Shown: positions 33,407 to 43,484 of the stretch, piece after piece
How positions within the stretch are numbered: position 1 is the first letter of the stretch
How the letters are laid out: each line of letters starts with the position of its first letter
DNA from: Calditrichia bacterium
GTDB lineage: Bacteria > Calditrichota > Calditrichia > JAJRVZ01
Direction of reading: 5' to 3'
NCBI GenBank assembly: GCA_963796965.1
Contig: CAWCNS010000011.1
Coordinates: 32,001 to 96,000 of the forward strand
DNA length: 64,000 bases
Position numbers and translations under genes: made by a program
Notes under the pieces: generated by a model
Seen by the model: the letters and a program-made list of their open reading frames with translations, nothing else
What the model was told of the DNA's origin: nothing
The model's database searches: none

Positions 33407-34432
33407 TCAGTTAGTTTTGACGGCATTTGCCGCTGCAAGCTCTTTATCCGTCATCGATTTCAGGAATTCGAGTATGGCAATTGCTTCCATATTATTTAAC
33501 TGTTGCCCCAATTGCATATCAGCCATACGGATTATCGCGTTCCTAAGATCAGGCTCAGCACCATCATGAAAATATGGCCCTGTTAATTCAATGTTCCGCA
33601 ACGTTGCAACCTTAAACATATATTTATCTGCTTCACTTTGGGTTACATCCCAGTGACCTTTATCTTCTAAATTGGAATACGGTTTAACCAACCCCATTTT
33701 CTGATACATATTACCCCCTACCAAAGGGCCGGTATGGCAGGTAATGCAACTTTTTGTAATAAACAGATCCAAACCTTCGGCTTCAATATTGCTTAATGCT
33801 TTTACATTGCCTTTCAAGAAATCATCAAAACGATCTTCAGTAATAAGTGTTCTTTCAAAAGCGGCTATCGCTTCAGCTATAGTATCATAGGTAATTGGTT
33901 TTTTCTCATCCGGAAATGCTTTCTTAAACATATCCTGGTATTCTTTTATCGCACTTATTTTTTTAACAACCGCTTTTTCATCAGGCATGGCCATCTCAAC
34001 AGGATTGAGGATCGGTCCCTTCGCCTGTGCTTTCAGATCAGGTTCTCGTCCATCCCAGAACTGAACAAATTGAAAACCGGCATTTAGGACCGTATTGGAA
34101 TTCCTGATTCCATTTTCACCTTTTGTTCCTGGTGAGGTAGGTAAATTATCCACCCCAGCTTTTTTGCCATCCAACACGTGGCATGAATTACAGGAGATCT
34201 CATCATTCTCTGATAAACGACCATCAAAATATAGTTTTTTACCCAATTCAATTCTAACCGGTGTATCCTTTTCTGAACCAGGCATTTTATCGGGTAAAGG
34301 CGCAAAAATATTTTTTGCTTTTGCCAGGACTTCTTGTTTATATGCCGTTTTCTCCTCTTCACCTCCCCCACAGGAAACCATAATAAAAGTAAGTGAATAA
34401 ATTAGCATAAATGATATAAACGACTTGAACAT
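33407..34432 (-). CDS. Di-heme cytochrome c peroxidase lipoprotein
   Basis: Lipobox MVSC; CNSCH and CITCH; QFWDGR, NPVEM, LRNIELTGPYFHDG. Confidence 0.93.
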   Translation of the reverse strand: MFKSFISFMLIYSLTFIMVSCGGGEEEKTAYKQEVLAKAKNIFAPLPDKMPGSEKDTPVRIELGKKLYFDGRLSENDEISCNSCHVLDGKKAGVDNLPTSPGTKGENGIRNSNTVLNAGFQFVQFWDGREPDLKAQAKGPILNPVEMAMPDEKAVVKKISAIKEYQDMFKKAFPDEKKPITYDTIAEAIAAFERTLITEDRFDDFLKGNVKALSNIEAEGLDLFITKSCITCHTGPLVGGNMYQKMGLVKPYSNLEDKGHWDVTQSEADKYMFKVATLRNIELTGPYFHDGAEPDLRNAIIRMADMQLGQQLNNMEAIAILEFLKSMTDKELAAANAVKTN

Positions 34433-34602
34433 AAACCCTCCAAAATAAATTGTTAAACCCCCAATGAATTGTGAAATAAATATTTGGATAATTTACAAAG
34501 TAATTTTTTAAGAGAAAAAACTTTATATATATTTTTCATTATTTTTAGCAAATAGGTGATCTCTTTACGTCTCTGCGCCTCTGCGAGAAAAAGTTTTCAT
34601 AA

Positions 34603-34869
34603 TTAGCGGATAAATATTTTTTTAGAGCCAAATATATTAAAGGTCCTTAGATAAACAAGTGCAGGTACATGGGTCGTGACATTCAAATCCTGTAAAGGAA
34701 GAGTGGCATCGCTTAAAATGTTACCGCTGGAGAGCGAATAAGCAAAGGCTGCAGCATTCAAATCTTCAGGTATATTAGCATAAGCACGCGGCTCAATTTC
34801 CTGCGCTATGGTAAGGCTTGTAATTCCAGCCAGCATAAGAACAATGGCGATCCAATTCTTCAATTTCAA
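34603..34869 (-). pseudogene. 5' fragment of a transporter paralogous to 142-1058
   Basis: Signal peptide + QEIEPRAYANIP..GNILSDATLPLQDL; stops abruptly next to a repeat at 34561-34587. Confidence 0.7.
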
Positions 34870-34892
34870 TACTCCCGATTGTTTGTGAATGG

Positions 34893-35090
34893 TTACTTAT
34901 CCTCGATAAAAAAATCCGGTGAATCTTCCAGGGCTTCCATTAATTCTTTTCTAACAACTGACCAATATTTTGATCTTAAATTGAACCGGATGACTTCCCA
35001 TTCTTTCTCAGTCAATTCCCGCCGGTAAATCATTTCGACTTCATCTTTTTCAAGTAAATCTGTTAATTCAAATATAACGGACATTTTCAA
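34893..35090 (-). CDS. Small acidic hypothetical protein
   Basis: AAGGA RBS; 65-aa protein-like composition. Confidence 0.5.
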   Translation of the reverse strand: MKMSVIFELTDLLEKDEVEMIYRRELTEKEWEVIRFNLRSKYWSVVRKELMEALEDSPDFFIEDK

Positions 35091-35387
35091 TTTTTCCTTT
35101 TATTTCGTAAATTTGTTTATTGTGTCTAATAGTGATCTTTAATTTTTCTCTTTAATAAAGATAGCGTATTAAAGAAATTCTTTAATACTGACTATCCCCG
35201 ATGCCTATTATGGTATTTCGCCAGTTTTATTTTAACACAAATATCGAAAAACAGAATTTCATTTATTTACCTCTCCCCAATCCTCCCCTAAAGGAGAGGG
35301 AGAAATAGGTAACCCCGAGGCAGAGCCTCGAGGAATTCTACAGATTAAAGATTGAATAATATATAAAAAGTAAAGGAAAATAGACAA

Positions 35388-35768
35388 ATGAATATATTAT
35401 TAGTTTACGGGACAAGAATTGTAATTCTTGCACTTATTGCTTATTCTATCTCAATTATTACCGAGCAAAAAACACATCGGGTAACCAATACAGTTATTTG
35501 GTTCCTAACGGCCGGAATTATACTGGATATAACAGCAACCATATTTATGATTAAAGGATCGGGTAATTCTGCATTCACACTACATGGATTTCTGGGATAT
35601 TCTTCTTTGACAGGTATGCTGATTGACACCATATTGATTTGGCGTCACCGCCTCTCCACAGATGCATCTACACAAGTACCCAGAAAATTGCATCTATATT
35701 CCCGATACGCCTATATCTGGTGGATTTTGGCCTTTATCACCGGTGGAGCGTTGGTTTTGTTTAAATGA
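35388..35768 (+). CDS. 4-TM membrane protein (HsmA/TIGR03987-like)
   Basis: AL..YSI...EQ, G...D.TAT..M, TLHG..G, AY.WW. Confidence 0.7.
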   Translation: MNILLVYGTRIVILALIAYSISIITEQKTHRVTNTVIWFLTAGIILDITATIFMIKGSGNSAFTLHGFLGYSSLTGMLIDTILIWRHRLSTDASTQVPRKLHLYSRYAYIWWILAFITGGALVLFK

Positions 35769-35842
35769 TTTTGAAAGATTGGTACTGGGATCTGGGGGAC
35801 GGTTTTCTCTTTTGGATTATAGCTGACAATTCATGATCTATG

Positions 35843-36210
35843 CATCCTCTACGAGGATGGGAATCTTTGCCATCGATGGTGCTACAATATTTCATCTTCT
35901 ACGAAGATGTCCTGTGCTTGAAAGATCAGATAGATAAAAACCTCGCAGAGATTTAATTATTGTAAAACGATCACAACCCAAAAACAATTCGTCCTCGTAG
36001 GGGATATAATTTTCAGCCAGTCATCCGAATATTTTGTGTTTACCAATTTAGTCGTACAGTATCAATTCTTCTAAAATATCCCCTGGGAATGGATGACAAG
36101 ATTGAAAAAGCAGTATCAAATTTTTTACAAACCTCGAAGAGGTTTAATTATTGTAAGACGATCATAGCCTAAAAATATACGAATCCTCGTAGAGGATTAA
36201 TTATTGTAAA
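35843..36210. repeat. Cluster of ATCCTCGTAGAGGAT-TAATTATTGTA REP-like palindromes
   Basis: Six copies near 35843, 35893, 35938, 35992, 36129 and 36182, in both orientations. Confidence 0.8.
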
Positions 36211-36311
36211 TTGTAAGTGGTGGTTTATGATTCTTTTAATTATATTTTAGAATTCTCTTATTAGGTATATCATCAACACATTCAAGAAAGACAATATTCT
36301 GGAGGAAATTT

Positions 36312-37721
36312 ATGCAGGTCGAATTTTATTCCTGGGGTGCTGCTGAAGAAGTTACAGGCTCCAAACATTTTCTAAAATTTAATGATCAGATTATCCAGAT
36401 CGATTGTGGTGCATTTCAGGGACGACGTAAGGAATCTGATGATAAAAATGCAAACTGGCCTTATGAAGCAAGTGAAGTGACCAGCCTCATCCTTACCCAT
36501 GCCCACTATGATCATTCCGGTCTGACCCCGGTTATGATAAAAAAGGGTTTTAGCGGAAATATTTACAGCACGCCTGCCAGTCGTGATTTGGCCAGTCTAA
36601 TCATGATGGACTCTGCCCACATCCAGACTAAAGACATCGAATACCTGAAGAAGAGAGCAAGAAAGAAAGGTGAGGTTTTCAATAAAGAACCTCTATATAG
36701 TTCAGAAGATGTGGTTGAATGTTTGAATCATTTTGTTACAGTTTCTTACGATCGGGCCATTCCGGTTGGGGATGGTATCGAGGTTACCTTGCTCGATGCC
36801 GGTCACATTCTTGGATCCTCAATTCCGGTGTTCAATATAAAGGAGAATGGAAAAGTTATGCGGGTTGCCTGTGCCGGGGATTTGGGAAGAAAAAATTTAC
36901 CCATACTCAGAGATCCAGAACCTTTACCAGATATAGATTATTTGATCATCGAAAGCACCTATGGTCACCGTCTGCACGATCCCATCAGTTCGGCCATGGA
37001 TAAATTGGCTGAAATTATTAATAGAACCGCTGACAGAGGTGGTAAAATTATAATCCCTGCATTTGCCATAGAACGAACCCAGGAATTAATCTACTTTCTT
37101 CACCTTCTTACTGATCAAAAGAAAATTCCGAAATTACCTATCTACATAGACAGCCCTATGGCAACCAATGCCACGTCAATCTTCCGGGTTCATCAGGAAT
37201 GTTATGATGAGGAGACAAGGGATGCATTTTTGCAGCATCATAAAAATCCCTTTGGATTTAATGAGCTGCACTATATCACAAATGTAGAAGAGAGTAAAGC
37301 ATTGAATAAAAAAACTGGATCCGAAATAATTATTTCAGCTTCCGGTATGTGTGAGGCTGGTCGGATCCTGCATCACCTCGCCAATAATATTGAGGATCCA
37401 AATAACACCGTAATCATTGTTGGGTTTATGGCTCAGCACACCCTTGGGCGTAGGATAAAAGAACAGCATGAAAAGGTAAAGATATTCGGTGATGAATATA
37501 AACTAAATGCCGAAGTTGTTACACTTAACACTTTTAGTGCACACGCAGATTATAATGAGATTCTTGAAAGGGTTGGAGAGTTAAACCATAATACGCTAAA
37601 GGAAATATTTTTGGTGCATGGGGAATCAGATGCCCAATCCAATCTAAAGGGACTCCTTGAATCGAAGGGACATAAGACCACAATAGTTAAGTATAAAGAG
37701 AGGTACTCCCTTCAAGTGTAA
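36312..37721 (+). CDS. MBL-fold beta-CASP ribonuclease
   Basis: GAAEEVTGS, THAHYDHSG, AGHILGS, ESTYG, SASGMCEAGRILHH, FSAHAD, VHGE. Confidence 0.93.
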   Translation: MQVEFYSWGAAEEVTGSKHFLKFNDQIIQIDCGAFQGRRKESDDKNANWPYEASEVTSLILTHAHYDHSGLTPVMIKKGFSGNIYSTPASRDLASLIMMDSAHIQTKDIEYLKKRARKKGEVFNKEPLYSSEDVVECLNHFVTVSYDRAIPVGDGIEVTLLDAGHILGSSIPVFNIKENGKVMRVACAGDLGRKNLPILRDPEPLPDIDYLIIESTYGHRLHDPISSAMDKLAEIINRTADRGGKIIIPAFAIERTQELIYFLHLLTDQKKIPKLPIYIDSPMATNATSIFRVHQECYDEETRDAFLQHHKNPFGFNELHYITNVEESKALNKKTGSEIIISASGMCEAGRILHHLANNIEDPNNTVIIVGFMAQHTLGRRIKEQHEKVKIFGDEYKLNAEVVTLNTFSAHADYNEILERVGELNHNTLKEIFLVHGESDAQSNLKGLLESKGHKTTIVKYKERYSLQV

Positions 37722-37887
37722 CCTAAGTAGATTTGGTATAGAGTACTTAGTTCCGGGCACTCGGTCTTTTAACTAAGATAGAAACAGAATCCTGAAAAAT
37801 AGAGGATAAACATGGGATTGGGTTGCGCTGAATATTACAAGTAATGTTCACGAAAATTGAACACTTTTATAACTCACTGTTTATATA

Positions 37888-38063
37888 ATTAATCCTCTAC
37901 AAAGATTCAGCAATTTTGATTTATTGACATAATTACAATAATAAAACCTCTTCGAGGTTTTAAATCAATTTTATTATAACTCGAATCATTCATATTTCTT
38001 CGTAGAAGATTAAGTATTGTAAAACCAGAATGAGCTAAAACTTGCATCCTTGTAGAGGATGCA
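37888..38063. repeat. Second cluster of CCTCGTAGAGG-family palindromes
   Basis: aatcctctacaaagatt, aaacctcttcgaggttt, tcttcgtagaaga, gcatccttgtagaggatgc. Confidence 0.75.
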
Positions 38064-38346
38064 TTAAAAATATGAGTTTTGATTATCTGAAAATCGCCCT
38101 TAGTAAAAAGGGAATCAAAATTAGCCTTAAAGAGCTGAGAACCAAATACCTAGTCCCCACAGCCCAGCACTTAGATTGAAACATCTTCAACTAATTCCCG
38201 TAATTATTTATATATTTTATATAAACTCCGTGAATATCCGGCCTGCCCCGTTTCACGAGGGTATTTCCGTGGTTAGAATGCCTTTTTACAAAGCCTCTTA
38301 ATCGTGTCGTTACAAGTACAGGATCATTAATATGAGGAGAATTTTT

Positions 38347-39514
38347 ATGAATAAAGTACTCAGTACATTCTTTTTAGTTCTTGGCTTTACAGCCCTTATT
38401 GCCGGAGATGTTGCTACCCTCGCTGACGCTAGATCTCTTGCAAAGAAGTCAGACAAACCTATACTCATCGACTTCTGGTCCGATAACTGAGGTGGCTGTA
38501 TCCAATTTGCCCGTGCGGCAGAGGAAGACGCTGAAGTTATCAAAGAATTAGCATCTGTTATATTAGTCAAAATTCACAATAAAAAAGGTGCGGATGTTGC
38601 TTTACTAGAGACCTATAAAGTCCGTGGATATCCGACTTTTGTTCTGGAAAATAATGAAGGGGAAACTCTTCATCGCTGGTGGGGATATTCTAAAGAAGGT
38701 TTCCTGAAGGAAATTGAAGCAGGATTCAGCTGATCCAACGACTATTGTGGAGAAGATGACACGATATAAAACCAAACCGGATCTGCACACAGCCCTCGCC
38801 CTGGCATCTAACTTTTCAACTATCGGTGAGATGACCAAGGTTGTTTCTTATTATAAAGATGCTGCGAAATTTGATAATAAAAATGACTATGCGTACGAAC
38901 TATATAGTGCTTATCGCAGGGGATTGGGGAGACCGTTCACAGAAGACGATATCATCAAAGCCACCGATAGTGCCCTGGCGTCTGAATTCGTTGATTTGAC
39001 TCATAAATTAAGAATTTATGACCAGATGTGCGCTGCCATTATCCAGCTAAAGGGGAATAAAACCATACTTGGTTATATCAAAGATGGTCAGGCTTTCGCC
39101 AGCGACATTGCGGACGAAAATCTTCAGTACTTAAAGGATCGTATCAACATCGCCTATGTATTATATATTGAAAATGATGTAGAGAAAGCAGTCAATCTTA
39201 AGAAAAACACATTCAAGGAAAACTGGATGGATAATGCCAGAAGTCTCAATTCATTTAGTTGGTGGTGTTTTGAGAATCAAATCAACTTAGATGAGGCAAA
39301 AGAACTGGCCCATAGGGGTGTAAAGCTTGCTGAGCCAGGTTCACAAAAAGCCATGATCCTTGACACCGTTGCGGAAATTGAATTTTTGCAAGGGAATAAA
39401 GACAAAGCTGAAGACCTGATAAAAGAGGCAATAATAGAAAATCCTGAAAGCGAATACTACATGAAACAACTGAACAGATTCCAGAAAGATTTGGTGATTA
39501 AGAACAACGAATAA
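38347..39514 (+). CDS. Secreted thioredoxin-fold selenoprotein (UGGC) fused to TPR domain; Sec TGA at 38488-38490, probable 1-nt insertion near 38727
   Basis: AGGAGA RBS, signal peptide, KPILIDFWSDN-TGA-GGC, YKVRGYPTFV; hairpin downstream of TGA; continues into DPTTI...LNSFSWWCFE..ILDTVAE. Confidence 0.82.
38501..38525 (+). promoter_or_regulatory. Putative bacterial SECIS element
   Basis: TCC-AA-TTTGCC-[CGTGC]-GGCAGA-GGA; loop begins 21 nt after UGA and contains GU. Confidence 0.68.
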
Positions 39515-39522
39515 ATACTAAA

Positions 39523-40644
39523 TTATTTAAAATTCATTTTTTTCAATAACTGCTGAAACCTGGGTTCAGAGCGAAATGGATCAAGGAATGGCTCAACATT
39601 TATGTAAACAATTAAACCAAAACGTTCATTATAGGCTTGATATAAACCTTCCAACGCAGGTTCCATATTTCCCAGGGCAGCATTCAAAAGAGCCGTGTAA
39701 AAGGGAGAAATGCGTGTTTTATCAGAGGCTTTACGTATATTGCCTCCGAGAATAGTACCTACATTTAATTCTCTACCAATTTCTGCTATGTTCAGCTCAG
39801 CATTTTTATACTTCATAACAGAAGTCCTGGCAATCACATTTAATCCACTGATTTTTGTCAATTGCGAGATCAACTCTTCAGTCATGCCGTCTGCAAAATA
39901 TTCGCTCTGTGAGTTATCACTCAAATTCACAAGAGGTAAAACGGCAATTCTGATTGGGGAGACCTTTATCGGAATATCAATTGTCATCTCCTTTATGAGG
40001 AAATAAGTGACAAGTACCATTAATAGAACCGATGCCAATAAAAAGGATTTCTGTTTTGTGATTTTACGTATAAAGGGCTTTTCTTTTAATTCCTCTTTTT
40101 CCTCCCAGGGAAGACAAAGACGATAAATATTTATTGGAGACTGGATATTTTTTAATTTTTCTAATCCAATTTTTTTAACCGGAATATCAATCTTATTCTG
40201 AATCTGCCTGGCGACATCTTCTGAAAGGCAAATGCCTCCCGGTTTTGATAGAGGTTCTAATCGGGCTGCTATATTGACACCATCGCCGTGGACATGCGGA
40301 CCGACCTGGATAACATCACCCACATGTAAACCGATTCGTAAGACAATTTTCTTTTCCGATTCCCGTTCAGAATTGCGCTCAAACAGAATTTTTTGAATTT
40401 CTATTGCACAGTTAACGGCTTCCAGGGCACTTTTGAACTCTACAAAAAAAGCGTCACCAACCGTTTCCACCTCCCTACCTCCGTGTTTTGGAAATATGGG
40501 TCGGAGTAGTTGGCGATGTTCTTCAAGAAGTTCGATGGCCAACGACTCATTCTTCTGAGTCAAGGCACTATAGCCGACCATGTCTGTAAACATGATCGCT
40601 GCTAATCGACGCTGTTTCTTTGAATTATTTTCGTTGTTTGGCAT
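39523..40644 (-). CDS. Class III adenylate/guanylate cyclase + TM + TolB-N-like domain (TPR region apparently deleted)
   Basis: AAIMFTDMVGYS, GDAF, RIGLHVGDV, GDGVNIAARLE, IAVLP..NLS, YFADGMTEELI, C-terminal DPFRSEPRFQ.LLKKM. Confidence 0.85.
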   Translation of the reverse strand: MPNNENNSKKQRRLAAIMFTDMVGYSALTQKNESLAIELLEEHRQLLRPIFPKHGGREVETVGDAFFVEFKSALEAVNCAIEIQKILFERNSERESEKKIVLRIGLHVGDVIQVGPHVHGDGVNIAARLEPLSKPGGICLSEDVARQIQNKIDIPVKKIGLEKLKNIQSPINIYRLCLPWEEKEELKEKPFIRKITKQKSFLLASVLLMVLVTYFLIKEMTIDIPIKVSPIRIAVLPLVNLSDNSQSEYFADGMTEELISQLTKISGLNVIARTSVMKYKNAELNIAEIGRELNVGTILGGNIRKASDKTRISPFYTALLNAALGNMEPALEGLYQAYNERFGLIVYINVEPFLDPFRSEPRFQQLLKKMNFK

Positions 40645-40957
40645 ACTTTTCTTTTTTAAGGGAGATTCAGTATTTCATGTGGCATGTGATGATACACTTA
40701 ACGTTAGAAAATTACTTATTATTTCTTCTGGAAAATGCATTCCCTCCGTCTTTCTCTTTCCAATAATCATGAGTACACTTTGCTTCTCCGGATTGAATGG
40801 CAATAATCAGGTAGAGTCATTGATATTATGCCATCTACCCACACCATGTCCTATCCTTTTCATTAGAGAAATAGGAAATAAAAACTAAAATCATAAAGTT
40901 AAAGATAAAAAATAAAATCACATCATAACATATAATCTGTAAATGAAGTATTATAAA

Positions 40958-40990
40958 AGATGTAGTCCATCCTGGAGATGGACTACATCT
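40958..40990. repeat. Palindrome AGATGTAGTCCATC-N5-GATGGACTACATCT (copy 2)
   Basis: 14-bp perfect stem, same family as 10812-10838. Confidence 0.75.
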
Positions 40991-41060
40991 CTGATTTTTT
41001 GGTAGTGTCATCCCGATAGAATCGGGATATGAAAAAATGAAAAATAGGATTAAAAGATGA

Positions 41061-41440
41061 AACCATCCCTAATAAGTCTGGCTCCGCCAGTCTTTACGGG
41101 ACAGGCAGAGGACTCAGAGAAATACTCAGAGAACTCCTAAAGAATATTATCTCAAAGATATTACTGAAATAATCACCTGTGTTTTGATTTATCGGAAAAG
41201 TTCATTCTTCTCTTAGACCAGGTCTATATGATATATCTGAAAGCAGAAAAGCACAAGTTGAACTATTGATCAATTTTAATGTTGACAAATTAAAAGAGGG
41301 AATAAGGAGAGTCTTATTATAAGATATCACAGAGGGGAGATAATGAGAAACAATATTAACATAAATAAAATTAATAAGTTACTCTGTGTGCTCTGCCTGC
41401 CCCGTAAAGTCTGACGGAGTCAGATTAGTACGGGGTGGTT
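41061..41440 (+). mobile_element. MITE-like element: ~60-bp inverted repeats around an internally deleted GxxExxY gene remnant
   Basis: 41061-41120 and 41381-41440 are imperfect inverted repeats; interior encodes KDITEIITC, KVHSSLRPGLY, YLKA and ELLINFNVDKLKEGIRRVLL*. Confidence 0.7.
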
Positions 41441-41477
41441 ATTTTTTACACTACCGATTTTTTTCAAAGGAGTAGAT

Positions 41478-42045
41478 ATGGCAAAATCACCCGAAGAAAT
41501 GGCAGCAAGCATGATTGAAAACCTCAAGGAGAAAACAGGTAAAGATCTATCAGAATGGATGAACCTGCTCAGACTCAATGAAAGACTCCAAACATGGGGA
41601 AATAGTTAAACATCTCAAACAGACACATGGAATAACCCATGGATTTGCAAATCTTATAGCTCACAAATTATTAAAGAGTGATGCGGGAAGCGTTTCCGCC
41701 GAAATTGATTTGGTTGCCAATCAATACAGCGGAGAGAAAGCAGGTCTTCGCCCGGTATATGATACACTTATTTCAATTGTTCAAGGATTTGGTGATGATG
41801 TGGAAATTTCTCCAAAAAAGAGCTACGTAAGTCTAAGAAGGAAAAAACAATTTGCCCTTATTCAACCAAGTACTAAAACGCGCATCGATGTAGGTATAAA
41901 TCTAAAGGGTGTTGAATCAAAAGGGAGGCTGGAGACTTCAGGGAGTTTTAATGCTATGGTGAGCCATCGGGTTCGAATCAGCGAAACATCAGAAGTAAAT
42001 GATGAACTTGCAGGTTGGTTGAAGTCCGCCTATGATGTCTCCTGA
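41478..42045 (+). CDS. DUF4287/DUF5655-domain protein (frameshift near 41575)
   Basis: MAKSPEEMAASMIENLKEKTGK.L.EW, KHGEIV..LK..HG.THGFAN, PKKSYVSLRRKKQFA. Confidence 0.8.
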
Positions 42046-43164
42046 CATATGGCATGAATCCGGTTATAAGCCTCTAACTGTTCCTCAGGAGATTTACAAT
42101 AGGTTGTTACCATTAACTTCATACCGGGTTTCCATAGTTTTTGTACCATTGTACTTATCGTATCCACATCCCCGACTATTCTTGCATTTACAACGACATT
42201 GGAATCTGCAAATGTATGAAAGGGTTCCACGGGGTTAGGATCAGGATCTGTTTCTGAAGAGAATGCACCATCAACAACCTTCAGATTATTCATTTTTTTA
42301 ATATGGGCCACCCTTCCGGACCAATTCCCACAAGAATGAAAAGCCGGCCCCCCAAAAGCATTTCCAAACTTTTCAGTGAAGGGCGCACAAAGACGCATAT
42401 AATCATCACCGGATATCATGAGCATGTTATCATCACTCATACCAATCCCTTGAAAATGAGGAGAGGAAGGAAATCCATGCCCGGGCCAAACGACAACAGA
42501 TTCGAGAAACTCTAATTGTTTTCGGGTAAATACAATGGCCAGGTCGGCCACCCTGTCTAATAATTGCATAAAGTTTTCCGGATTCATCACCACATCCATC
42601 ATATCAGCTGGTAGAATCAACCACATAACTGGCACTGTTTAGGGGAGATTGGGTATCAGTCAAGGAGATGGGGATTTTGCCATTAGTTTTATCCAAGAAA
42701 TAGGTGATCATTCTAAGGATATGTTCACCTATTCTTGTATTCTCTACAGGAACCGGATCATATTCTAATGCTTCTGCAGTCGTATTGAAAGATCCATCAA
42801 CTGCCGGTGCTTGATTTTCGGGCCATTGATAGTCAAACCCATAGGCGGAAGCGATGGTTCCGATACCATACCAGGGTTCAAGAAAATTAGGGATATCGGC
42901 TTTATAGGCCATACTTTTTTGCAAAGCACCCAATTGCCATTCCAGGGAATCCTGCATATTTCTTGATCCATGGGAAAAAACTTCAGCGACCCTCATGCGG
43001 CGATATACAAGAACCCCACTTTTTTTTAACCAAAATTTTTTGCACCCTTCCAGCAGGCTTTGTTCATATTCGGAATAAGCTTCCAGATTAAATTTTTCTG
43101 GTTTGATTGGTTCAATTGCCGTGGCCTGGGCATCGGCCAGGCTGGTATCAAACGATTTGGGCAT
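42030..43164 (-). CDS. Uroporphyrinogen decarboxylase (URO-D)-superfamily protein (frameshift near 42620)
   Basis: LEPWYGIG, TDTQSPL, MSDD, FHSCGNW. Confidence 0.75.
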
Positions 43165-43484
43165 ATTTTCTCCAGTTTATAAACAATAGATATTGAATAT
43201 TGAATGTATTTATTCATCTCTCGCAAAGCCGCAAAGACGCAGTTTTTATTTGTTTTGTATTTTTATTAGGTATTTCAGAATATTTTTTACTGCTTTCTGC
43301 TCCTCTGCTTACTTTTATATAGGTCTTGGGGTTATTATTTCTTTTCCTATTTTAATCATTGATGATTTATACTCGGCTGACGATAGGATATCGACACAAT
43401 TATCGGAATGTCATAAAATTCTTTGCGTCTTAGCGCCTTTGCGAGAAGGAAACAACATTACCTGAAGCGAAATTTATCTTTCGT

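Noticed and set aside
35843..36210. CRISPR array
   Set aside because: Repeats are degenerate, in mixed orientation and irregularly spaced
38310..38838. Minus-strand ORFs 38310-38570 and 38605-38838
   Set aside because: Antisense shadows of the thioredoxin-fold frame on the plus strand
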